From the IMG/VR virus record IMGVR_UViG_3300027806_000001, positions 96,001 to 160,000 of that record: a DNA stretch of 64,000 bases. One strand, written 5' to 3'. Of the stretch, positions 16,981 through 24,687 are shown piece by piece (position 1 is the stretch's first letter; every line of letters starts with the position of its first letter). The stretch comes from a virus. The notes under the pieces were generated by a model. The model had not been told where the DNA came from, made no database searches, and saw only the letters and a program-made list of their open reading frames with translations. Both the position numbers and the translations under genes were made by a program.

Positions 16981-17021
16981 AAAAGCCCGGCCGGGGGGTC
17001 GGGTGTACCCCCCGGCCGGGC
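16981..17021 (-). terminator. Intrinsic terminator
   Basis: 13-bp GC stem (GCCCGGCCGGGGG/CCCCCGGCCGGGC) followed by TTTT on the minus strand. Confidence 0.7.
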
Positions 17022-17036
17022 AAGCGTGTCCCGGGC

Positions 17037-17489
17037 TCAGCCCTGGGACTTGATGGAGACGGACACGATGCGTCCGTTTCCGTTCTTCGTGACCACGAGG
17101 CCCAGCTCGCGGTCCGCGGCGAGGTGCCGCAGGTTCTGGCCGACGCGCTGGCCGCTGGCGCGGAGGCGGCTGGCCAGCTTGACGGCCGTGATGCCGTCCT
17201 CGCCGGCCTCCTTGACCAGGGCGAGGATCTGGTCCTTCAGCGCCTTGCGGCGCTCGAGGAGGACCGGGTAGGACACCCGGCGCTTGCGGCGGACCTTGCG
17301 GGGCTTGGCCTTGGGCGCGGCCTCGAGGTCGGCCTCGGCGACCGAGTTCTTCGAGCGCTTGTCGCCGGCCGGCACCAGGCTGACCTGCAGGTCGAAGCCC
17401 GCCACCTCGGCGAGGCCGCGGGCCTGCTCGACCATTGCGATGATGCCAGCCATGGGGCCGTACACGTTGCTGCTGTTCTTGTTCTTCAT
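17037..17489 (-). CDS. Basic DNA-binding protein with C-terminal winged HTH
   Basis: Start trimmed to MKNKN; K/R-rich linker; ILALVKEAGEDGITAVKLASRL...VGQNLRHLAAD. Confidence 0.6.
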   Translation of the reverse strand: MKNKNSSNVYGPMAGIIAMVEQARGLAEVAGFDLQVSLVPAGDKRSKNSVAEADLEAAPKAKPRKVRRKRRVSYPVLLERRKALKDQILALVKEAGEDGITAVKLASRLRASGQRVGQNLRHLAADRELGLVVTKNGNGRIVSVSIKSQG

Positions 17490-17586
17490 ATCTGAACCCT
17501 TTCTTGCCGGACGGTCTCCGGCGGGACACGCTTGCTGACTGACGGCCCGGGGAACACCCCCGGGCCTGCCTGACATCCTGCGCGGG

Positions 17587-18165
17587 CTACACCCGCTCGC
17601 GCCGGATCCGCCTGAGCCTCGCCTTGAGGATCAAGCCCTGTTCCCACGACAGGTGGGGCCATGGCCCCTCCTCGTCGCCCTGTAACGTCCTGGCCGTGGC
17701 CAGGGCCTGCTCAGGGCTCACCGGCGACGCCACGCCGTCGGTGAGCACCCAGCCTCCCGGCCACCACTCGGGGCACGTATTGAGCGCCTCGGGCGGGCAC
17801 ATCTCCCGCAGCTCCTGGGCGTCGTCCCCCTGCGCCAGGCCGATGCGGCCGTGGGCGGGCAGCACGACCTTGACCAGCGGGGTGGCCAGCGCGACACGGA
17901 TGTCCCGCTCCCACATCCAGACATGGCCGGCCGGATGCGGGCCCTCCCCGTGATGGACCACCAGCATCTCGTGGCCCGTGCCCGTCCACGAGAGGAGGTA
18001 CTCGTAGAGGCTCTCCATCGCCAGCACCTGCCGCTGGTCCATGCCGGACGGATCCCGCATGGCGTGGAGCAGATCCGAGATGACCAGCAGGCACTGCTGC
18101 TCGGAGAGCGTCCACGGGCAGATCGTCTGGTACTTGGACCAGATCTCCAAGGCCTTCGCCTTCAT
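17587..18165 (-). CDS. Hypothetical protein
   Basis: Coupled ORF with SD. Confidence 0.6.
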   Translation of the reverse strand: MKAKALEIWSKYQTICPWTLSEQQCLLVISDLLHAMRDPSGMDQRQVLAMESLYEYLLSWTGTGHEMLVVHHGEGPHPAGHVWMWERDIRVALATPLVKVVLPAHGRIGLAQGDDAQELREMCPPEALNTCPEWWPGGWVLTDGVASPVSPEQALATARTLQGDEEGPWPHLSWEQGLILKARLRRIRRERV

Positions 18166-18641
18166 GCCCTTTCCTTTCTGGCCTTCGCGGCCTTGAGCAC
18201 CTTGGCCCAGTAGGCCTTGGTGCCCTGCTTGGAGTGGCCCTTTGGACCACCGTTGTGGATTCTGGCCAGGTCCTCCCAGGTGGCGCCCTTGGGGGCGTAC
18301 CTGGTCAGGTAGGCCTTGACGACCTCCCGGGCATACGCCCGGTTGGTCACGGCAGAGTAGCCTTGAGCCTTCAGGTCAGGCCTGCGCTCGACAGCGTCGA
18401 GCCAGTAGACACGCCAGATCTGAAAAGCCCCTAGCGCCTTGCCTCCGTCTCCGACGGCTTGGTCAGGGTTCGACTCTCCTCCGGACTCCACGGCCTGGAG
18501 CGCGTCCAGGAACGTGTCCCAGTCGAGGTCGACCCCTCCTACATCGCGGACATCCTGTCCACGGAGTTCGCCCTTGGCGAATGCCTCGGGCTGGCTGGCC
18601 GCCACGAGGGCGGCCACGATGAGAATGAGAACGGTCTTCAT
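18162..18641 (-). CDS. Exported lysozyme-like muramidase, invertebrate-type/destabilase-like
   Basis: Signal-like N-terminus; LQAVES, GAFQIWRVYW.DA, EDLARIHNGGP.G...T..YW.KV. Confidence 0.75.
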   Translation of the reverse strand: MKTVLILIVAALVAASQPEAFAKGELRGQDVRDVGGVDLDWDTFLDALQAVESGGESNPDQAVGDGGKALGAFQIWRVYWLDAVERRPDLKAQGYSAVTNRAYAREVVKAYLTRYAPKGATWEDLARIHNGGPKGHSKQGTKAYWAKVLKAAKARKERA

Positions 18642-18729
18642 TGAAGTTCCTTCCTCACCCTTCTCTCCTCCGTGCCGGGCTACGCCGCCCGGCAGGTCAT
18701 CCTGGGAATGCTACGGGCATCCCCGTCTT

Positions 18730-18759
18730 ATTGTCACACGGGCACGCCCCGTGTTTAGC
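18730..18759 (-). promoter_or_regulatory. GCTAAA-N18-GACAAT promoter
   Basis: Member of an eight-copy motif with identical spacing. Confidence 0.7.
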
Positions 18760-19177
18760 ACCTGACGTCGTCCTCCGGGGGAGGCTTGGACACCGAGGCC
18801 TGCTGCTTGGCCTCGCGGCTCTTGCGAATCCGATCCGCCGTCGCCTGCTCCTCCTCGGGGGTCATGCCGACGGTGACGAACTTCCGGGCCAGGCCCAGGC
18901 TCATCCCCGAGCTGTCGGCGATCTCCCTGGCCTCCCGCTCGGTCCGCTCCTTCTGCAGCAGGGCCTTGACCCGGACCTCAAGCTCGTCCAGGCGGGCGTC
19001 TATGGCCTCAATCAGCGCCTGCCTGAGGCGATCCTCGGCCTCGTCGCAGGCCTTGTCGAACTCGTAGCCGCTGTAGCCCCAGCAGTATCCACCGTTCTTG
19101 ATGTGCTTGCGCAAGGCCTCATCCCGCTCCTGCTCGCGCTTCAGCGACTCTCGCAGCGCCTTGATCAGGTCCTTCAT
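18755..19177 (-). CDS. Hypothetical helical protein
   Basis: Start trimmed to MKDLIK; coupled to upstream stop. Confidence 0.6.
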   Translation of the reverse strand: MKDLIKALRESLKREQERDEALRKHIKNGGYCWGYSGYEFDKACDEAEDRLRQALIEAIDARLDELEVRVKALLQKERTEREAREIADSSGMSLGLARKFVTVGMTPEEEQATADRIRKSREAKQQASVSKPPPEDDVRC

Positions 19178-19440
19178 GGCTTGGCCTGCCCTTCTTCTGC
19201 CGCCCTCAGGGCCAGCATGCGGGAGCTGGCGAACGCGAGCGCCTCGGCGAGATCGCGGTGCTGCTTCAAGTCCGCGATGTCGGACAAGGCCTCCACACCG
19301 GTGTCTACGCCGGGATGCAGGAACGCGACCGACGTTTTCGTCCTGCTCGCCGTGCTGGTCACGTACACGTCCACGAGGGAGGACGTGTGCACGATCCTGA
19401 TGTCCCCTTCCTGGGTCTCTATTGTGGTGAACATGTGCAT
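19174..19440 (-). CDS. Hypothetical protein
   Basis: SD GAGGA. Confidence 0.55.
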   Translation of the reverse strand: MHMFTTIETQEGDIRIVHTSSLVDVYVTSTASRTKTSVAFLHPGVDTGVEALSDIADLKQHRDLAEALAFASSRMLALRAAEEGQAKP

Positions 19441-19503
19441 TCCTCTCAGTTGTCGTCCCGGCGGGATCCAGGCTACGCCGCCCGTATCCCGCCGCGGTAC
19501 TCG

Positions 19504-20097
19504 TCATGCATCCCGGTCGGGCTGCCTGTCCTTGTCCTGGCCGCCCACGTACCGCAGGAACCCCTCTCGGAGCTCCTGCTCCCCCATGATCACGTCCATG
19601 GTGGCGTCGAAGTCCGACAGGACCTCCGCGAGGTCGCGGCCGACGACCACGTTCCGGAAGTCGTGGTACGCCTGGCCCACCACCTGACCTTCCTTGGAGT
19701 AGAAGAACGACACTCCGGTGATCCGGCTGTTCAGGTGGTTCAGGAACTTGAGGGCCTTGGGGTCCTCCGCGTTCCCCGGCAGCCCGCGCCACATGGCCGA
19801 GACGACGATGCGGTCGAGCCCCTTCGGCACCATCTGGACGTCGAGGATGATCACGGGCTTGAACCTGGGCTCGGCATCGGCCGTCCGGTCGAGGACGAGC
19901 ATGCCATCCTGCTCCGAGAGCCACGTGGTCTCCCAGTCGCTGGAGATCCCCTGCAGGGCCTTCACCAGGAGCCTGCCCCCCTGGGCGTCGTCGGTTCCCG
20001 AGTACACGAAGTCCGCGGACTCCGGCGGGGGCGCGGCCCCGGCCATAAGCGTGCATGCCGCCACGGTCACGATCTTGATGCTGTTCCTCACAAGCAT
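19504..20097 (-). CDS. Exported protein with a possible YbjN-like domain
   Basis: Start trimmed to MLVRNS; signal peptide; LKFLNHLNSRI.GVSFFYSKEGQV...L..F pattern. Confidence 0.45.
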   Translation of the reverse strand: MLVRNSIKIVTVAACTLMAGAAPPPESADFVYSGTDDAQGGRLLVKALQGISSDWETTWLSEQDGMLVLDRTADAEPRFKPVIILDVQMVPKGLDRIVVSAMWRGLPGNAEDPKALKFLNHLNSRITGVSFFYSKEGQVVGQAYHDFRNVVVGRDLAEVLSDFDATMDVIMGEQELREGFLRYVGGQDKDRQPDRDA

Positions 20098-20306
20098 GCT
20101 TGCCTCCATTGCTAAAAACTGCGTGCGGAGGCCCGGGCACGGTGCCCGGGCCTCCCTCCTGTCGAAGCCCTGGCCGCACCGCGAGGCACGGCCAGGGCCA
20201 AGGGGAAAAGATGAAAGCCCCGACCGCCTTGGAGGGCGGCCAGGGCCTGGAGGGGGATAGAAAGGCCCACGGCCCCCACCGGGACCGCAGGCCAGGGATG
20301 TATGGG

Positions 20307-20861
20307 TCATGCCTTGACGTCGATCACGGGATCCTTGAGCCGCTGCTCGTTGATCCACTCGATCAGCTTCCTGGCCAGGATGTCGAATTCGCCGAGCTCG
20401 ATGTCCTCGAACTCCGGGGTACTCAAGGCCGGCCAGTGGCCATAGGTGCGGACTGCCCGCCGGAAGGCCACGGCCTTCACCCCTGCGGCCACGTCGTGGG
20501 CCAGATCCCGCAACGTGTCCTTGCGGTAGGTCTCGGCCTGGGTGGGAGAGTCGCAGCACCTGTCGCCCCTGTCCATGTTCTCGAGATCCACCTTGATCTC
20601 CAAGGCCGCGCCCTGCAGCCCCTTCTTCCAGGCGCCCGGCCAGATCTCCATGGCCGCAGAGGGCTCGGCCGGGGGCGGCCAGGTCATCTCGGGCCTGCGC
20701 TGCTCCAGAGGCAGCGCCTCCTCCTGGGCCAGGAGGGTCAGGACCCAGCTGGCTGCCCGGCGGGCCTCCTGCTCGTCCTCTAGGTAGACGGCCAGGGCCT
20801 GGTTGGCCTGGGCCGGGGTGCGTCGAGTCGACCTGGGGGCCATTGGTTGACGTTCTCTCAT
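20307..20861 (-). CDS. Hypothetical protein
   Basis: SD AAGGA; natural composition. Confidence 0.6.
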   Translation of the reverse strand: MRERQPMAPRSTRRTPAQANQALAVYLEDEQEARRAASWVLTLLAQEEALPLEQRRPEMTWPPPAEPSAAMEIWPGAWKKGLQGAALEIKVDLENMDRGDRCCDSPTQAETYRKDTLRDLAHDVAAGVKAVAFRRAVRTYGHWPALSTPEFEDIELGEFDILARKLIEWINEQRLKDPVIDVKA

Positions 20862-20938
20862 CGTTTCCTTCCTTTTCTCCTGGGTTGCGCCAGGTGTTGA
20901 GTGGACCGGGTGGGATTCGAACCCACGCCTTATCGATT

Positions 20939-21706
20939 CAGGTTTGTGTGACTTTAGTCACTCCCTGGACCATCTCATCGCCTTGGCCTTGAAGGGCTTT
21001 AGGCGTCGGACGCTGACTCCGGTAATTAAGAGGACTTCACCTCTCCGGTGGTCTCTGCACCTTCCGCAGGTGTACCTGCGGCTTGGCTCAGGATTGCCTT
21101 GTGGAGGCGGTAGTGCCGCATCCATTTCCTTACGGCGTTGTCGCTCACGCCGTATTTTCTACCTATGGCAAGAAGGGAGTTTTCAGCAAGATCCTGTGTT
21201 AGATCATGTTTGCTGGGCCTTCTTGATCGGGAGGAGATGGCTTGTTTTCGGCACTGCTCTGAACATGTGGCCTTTTGGGCTCCCTGCAGGGTGGCTTCGC
21301 AGCCTTCACAATATTCAGCCTTTTTCCATTTAGGTTTCCCTGAATTCATCCGATTCGCACCCTCAGCTTTCGCTGAGGGGGCACCGCACGACAGCCAATG
21401 CTCGATCCTGGAATGCTGACCTCTGGTAAGCACCAGCAGGTTAGACAGGCGGTTGTTTGCCTTGTCCCCATCCAGATGATGGGTGACTTCGTCCTCCGTC
21501 AAAGGCCTCTCAAGTGACTGTTCCACCACCAGGATATGCTCGTACACATACCCCTTCCAGTTACTCGAGGTCATTGCAGAAGGATGATCTGGACGGTACA
21601 ACACCCTGTAGCCATTCAAGATTCGAGCTGACTTGTCGCCCATGCTGTGTTCTCCTAAGGGCTGCATTATAGCAGCCTCTCATTTGAACCTAGGTCATGG
21701 GTGCAG
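20939..21706 (-). mobile_element. Group I intron (Azoarcus tRNA-Ile-like, IC3) inserted immediately after the CAU anticodon
   Basis: Core elements GAATTCAGGGAAACCTAA, GGCAATCCTGAGCCAAGC, GAAGGTGCAGAGAC; 3' end CCAGGGAGTGACTAAAGTCACACAAACCTG ending in omega-G; guide GTGCGGTG can pair CAU|CUGCAC with a U.G pair. Confidence 0.9.
21026..21643 (-). CDS. Intron-encoded HNH homing endonuclease with Cys-rich zinc-finger-like and HTH modules
   Basis: YVYEHILV...EVTHHLDGDKANNRLSNL (HNH); CxxC-x12-CxxxC; AIGRKYGVSDNAVRKWM (HTH); SD AGGAG and TGCTATAAT inside the intron. Confidence 0.88.
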   Translation of the reverse strand: MGDKSARILNGYRVLYRPDHPSAMTSSNWKGYVYEHILVVEQSLERPLTEDEVTHHLDGDKANNRLSNLLVLTRGQHSRIEHWLSCGAPSAKAEGANRMNSGKPKWKKAEYCEGCEATLQGAQKATCSEQCRKQAISSRSRRPSKHDLTQDLAENSLLAIGRKYGVSDNAVRKWMRHYRLHKAILSQAAGTPAEGAETTGEVKSS

Positions 21707-21743
21707 ATGAGTCGACGGCTCTGGACCGCTGAGCTACCAGTCC

Positions 21744-21780
21744 GAAAAAAGAGGCCAGGCGGGTTTGACCCCGCCTGGCC
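21744..21780 (-). terminator. Intrinsic terminator between the ncRNA candidate and the tRNA
   Basis: 11-bp stem GGCCAGGCGGG/CCCGCCTGGCC followed by TCTTTTTT. Confidence 0.75.
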
Positions 21781-21799
21781 CTTGCATGTATCAATTACG

Positions 21800-22307
21800 C
21801 TAGCTCCCCTGGACCCGGACATGCAGCCGGCCAGGATCACTCTACGCGACATGCCACGCGCTTTCCATGGCATGAAGGGGGTCGAGGGGAGAATCCAGCC
21901 TTACCCCCTCTCTGTAGGCCCACCCCGAGGGGGCCTGAGCTGCGCCATGGTAGCTGGGCGTACCATGCGCTGAGGCTGCTCAGCCTGCGCTTGCTCCGCA
22001 ATGAAGGACGGCCGGCGCTTTGCCAACCCTGCCGTCCGCTGGCGCCGGTTTGCACCTGGAGAGTCCCAGGTGCGCTCCCCGGCCGGGGAGCCCGGCATCC
22101 AGCCGCGAGAAGAGCAGGGCGGCCCGGGTGGAGCCGCCCTGCCCGATTGCAGGACTCCCAGGCGACATTCGCCTGGGTGCCATATTAGCTCGCCTGGTCA
22201 TTTGCCAGGCTGGTTTCACGCGGTCGCCGCCCTGCCAGCGCCGCAACCGGAGTCCCTGGGGTGCAGGGGCTCGCGGGTTATCCGTGCGTCCGAATGATCG
22301 GAGCTAG
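21800..22307 (-). ncRNA. Candidate large (~510 nt) structured non-coding RNA, family unassigned
   Basis: Bounded by a promoter and a terminator; ends pair (CTAGCTCC/GGAGCTAG); more than ten back-to-back hairpins; no credible ORF. Confidence 0.7.
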
Positions 22308-22309
22308 TA

Positions 22310-22339
22310 ATACTACCCCGAATGACGTCCTTGTTTAGC
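22310..22339 (-). promoter_or_regulatory. GCTAAA-N18-TAGTAT promoter of the ncRNA candidate
   Basis: Exact spacing match; predicted start about 22303. Confidence 0.75.
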
Positions 22340-22341
22340 CG

Positions 22342-22554
22342 TCAGGAAAGGTCGTCCAGGATGTCGTCGGGGTCGTCCTGGACGGGCGGCAGGGGCTCCG
22401 GCCTGCGGCTGCGGCGCCCGGAGTGCTGGCCCTTGGGCCTTTCCATGGCCGAGGACCAGGCGCGCTGCGCCCGCTCGTACTCGTCCGGCCCGATGTAGGC
22501 CGAACTGACGATGTCCACGTAGGAGAATCCCGCTTCCTTCCGGCGCCTGCCCAT
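22342..22554 (-). CDS. Small hypothetical protein
   Basis: Has its own promoter and SD GGAGG. Confidence 0.55.
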   Translation of the reverse strand: MGRRRKEAGFSYVDIVSSAYIGPDEYERAQRAWSSAMERPKGQHSGRRSRRPEPLPPVQDDPDDILDDLS

Positions 22555-22606
22555 GGTCCCTGCCTCCGAGCTTCGGTTGAAGGCTCTGATGAACCTTGAT
22601 TACTTC

Positions 22607-22636
22607 ATTGTAACCGGGTATCCGTCCTTGTTTAGC
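22607..22636 (-). promoter_or_regulatory. GCTAAA-N18-TACAAT promoter
   Basis: Exact spacing match. Confidence 0.75.
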
Positions 22637-23384
22637 CGCGCTTCGAGCGGCCCTTGCGGCGCCTCGAGGCCTTGCGGACGGAGTGCTTGACGCCGTCCAC
22701 CGCGGCGAACGACTTTCGAATGGCAGCCAGGTCCATGGTCTCGATGTACGGCTCCCCGTCGATGACCACTCCGCAGGCCACGATGGGCTTCTTGAGGTAC
22801 GCCGAGCCGTACTGCATGAACAGATGGTTGCGGTCCACGCCGCAGCCGACGTTCATGCCCCAGACCTTGGCCGTGGGACCTGCCTGGTAGGCGATGCCGC
22901 AGGCGCTGTGGTAGTGCCCGATGACCGTGGGCTGCATGCGCATCTTGGCGGCGTTGAACGCGGGGTGCTGCCCTCCGCAGCCCTCGCCGTGGTAGTAGTA
23001 GACGCCGTCGATCTCGACGTAGTCCTTCCACTTCCAGCTGTCCGTGCCGTACAGCTCGTTGAAGCCCTTGAGGTACAGCGATGGGATGCCGGCCTTGGCG
23101 TTCAGGCGCATGACCCGGCGGTCGTGGTTGCCGATGGTGATCTCCAGGTCGGGGAAGGCCTGGTGCAGGGCCTGCACCTGGGCGCAGGCGTTGCGGTACT
23201 CGTCGACTGCGCCCATGCTGTCGGGGTGCTTCTCGTGGAAGCTGATGCAGTGGTGGTCGACCACGTCCCCGATGTGCACGTTGCGGTCGGTGCGGTACTT
23301 GGACTGGACCCGGGCCAGCTGCCTGATGTAGTGCCTGTGCATGGCCGGCGCGTGGGTATCCCCTAGCACTAGTACTCTGGACAA
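22632..23384 (-). CDS. Calcineurin-like metallophosphoesterase
   Basis: GDTH, GDVVD, GNHD, YHGE, GHYH motifs in canonical order. Confidence 0.9.
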   Translation of the reverse strand: MSRVLVLGDTHAPAMHRHYIRQLARVQSKYRTDRNVHIGDVVDHHCISFHEKHPDSMGAVDEYRNACAQVQALHQAFPDLEITIGNHDRRVMRLNAKAGIPSLYLKGFNELYGTDSWKWKDYVEIDGVYYYHGEGCGGQHPAFNAAKMRMQPTVIGHYHSACGIAYQAGPTAKVWGMNVGCGVDRNHLFMQYGSAYLKKPIVACGVVIDGEPYIETMDLAAIRKSFAAVDGVKHSVRKASRRRKGRSKRG

Positions 23385-23640
23385 GTTGCCTCCTGCGCAA
23401 AGCGCAGGTGAAGCCTAGTGCCTTGCCGCGGGATGTCAAGCCCGAAAGCGCGACAGCTAAGAAAAGGGGCGGGCTCGTCGCATTTCACGACGATCCAGGT
23501 CCGTGAGCCCCGACGAGGGGCCGGATGTGGCGCAAGGAGGATACGCCCTGCACCCGCCCCTGCCCCTAGGGGATCGTGCCGCGGCGCCCCCCGGGCCAGG
23601 CGGAAACGTTCCGCCTGGCCCGGGGTGTCACGAAAGGATG

Positions 23641-23877
23641 CTACTGCACCTCGAGGATGCCGATCCGGGACGCCCCGGACTCACCCTCGAGTACTGCGCT
23701 GTCCCACACGTCCAGGGCCTTGGAGGCCTGGGCCGGCACCTGGGTGCCGACGATGTGGGGGTTGGACAGCCGCCCACGGGCGGCCGCCAGCAGGCCGGCG
23801 ACGTCGCCGGCCTGCAGCTCCAGGGACTGGCCGGTGCGGTTGCCGGCCGGGTCGGTCAGATGGAGGACGCCCTTCAT
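23641..23877 (-). CDS. Small hypothetical protein
   Basis: Start trimmed to MKGVLH; SD GGAGG; coupled. Confidence 0.5.
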   Translation of the reverse strand: MKGVLHLTDPAGNRTGQSLELQAGDVAGLLAAARGRLSNPHIVGTQVPAQASKALDVWDSAVLEGESGASRIGILEVQ

Positions 23878-24509
23878 GAGACCTCCTCCTCTTCCATGGC
23901 CAGGTCGTGCTGGCCTGCGGACGTCTTCGCGGGGGCCTTCGCCCCCCGAGGCTCCCCCGCGGAGGACTTCTCCTCCTGAGGGATGTAGAGGCGCCCTTCG
24001 GAATCCCGGCGCATAGCCTGGACCACCTGAAACACGTTGTTCAGCCTCTGGCGCTGAGCATCTCGGTCGGCCAGCTCGCCGAGCCGACGGTCCTGGGCGT
24101 CGGCCGCGGCCTGCCGCTGGGCCGGCGTGTTGAGCTGCTCCTTGCGGCCGGCCGGGGTCAGGCACGCGGCGATGAGCCACACGCCTCCCAGCACCGCCGC
24201 GACCGTCATGGCGACGGCCGTGAGGCTCATGCTCGTGATCGAGCTGTTGAAGCTCGATGCGACGGCCTGAGCCCCGGCGGACTCAGCGACGAGGACCGCT
24301 GTCTCGGCGGCCTCGGTGGCGCCCCAGGTGCTGGGCGACCACCAGGACTCCTCGATCTTCGGCATCTCGACCTTGGGCATCGCCGGCTTCGTGTCGGCGA
24401 ACATCGCGAGCGCGATCCACATCGGGATCGCGACGGCTGCGGCCATCGGGATGACCACCAGAAGCGCCCATCCGAGCCCTGACTTTCCGCTGTCCTTGAA
24501 GTTTGCCAT
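23874..24509 (-). CDS. Two-TM membrane protein
   Basis: Start trimmed to MANFK; two hydrophobic segments. Confidence 0.6.
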   Translation of the reverse strand: MANFKDSGKSGLGWALLVVIPMAAAVAIPMWIALAMFADTKPAMPKVEMPKIEESWWSPSTWGATEAAETAVLVAESAGAQAVASSFNSSITSMSLTAVAMTVAAVLGGVWLIAACLTPAGRKEQLNTPAQRQAAADAQDRRLGELADRDAQRQRLNNVFQVVQAMRRDSEGRLYIPQEEKSSAGEPRGAKAPAKTSAGQHDLAMEEEEVS

Positions 24510-24586
24510 TTGTCTTTTTCTTCCTTTCTTGAAGGCACCCGGGTCCGGCAACGCGCCTTTCCCGGGTGCTATTGACGTGGCATGTA

Positions 24587-24616
24587 ATACTCACACGCAA
24601 ACGCCCGTTGTTTAGC
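24587..24616 (-). promoter_or_regulatory. GCTAAA-N18-GAGTAT promoter
   Basis: Exact spacing match, directly after a terminator. Confidence 0.7.
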
Positions 24617-24631
24617 CCGCCCCTTGAGGGC

Positions 24632-24665
24632 TAAAAGAAACCCCCGGCGCCACATGGCGCCGGGG
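24632..24665 (-). terminator. Intrinsic terminator
   Basis: CCCCCGGCGCC-ATGT-GGCGCCGGGGG followed by TTTCTTTT. Confidence 0.8.
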
Positions 24666-24687
24666 GATCTCGGTGGGGGAACTCAGC

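Larger units (their letters stand above)
20902..21743 (-). tRNA. Intron-split tRNA with CAU anticodon (Ile2 more likely than elongator Met); exons 21707-21743 and 20902-20938
   Basis: Spliced sequence GGACTGG TA GCTC AGCGGTCCA GAGC C GTCGA CTCATAA TCGAT AAGGC GTGGG TTCGAAT CCCAC CCGGTCC A folds as a cloverleaf. G1:C72 is paired, so not an initiator; CCA not encoded. Confidence 0.9.

Noticed and set aside
20902-21743. Initiator tRNA-fMet
   Set aside because: Position 1:72 is a G:C pair and the anticodon stem lacks three consecutive G:C pairs.
21800-22307. tmRNA or RNase P identity for the structured region
   Set aside because: No T-arm/CCA acceptor end or tag ORF seen, and no GAGGAAAGUCC-type P4 signature in the expected position; a covariance search is still needed.
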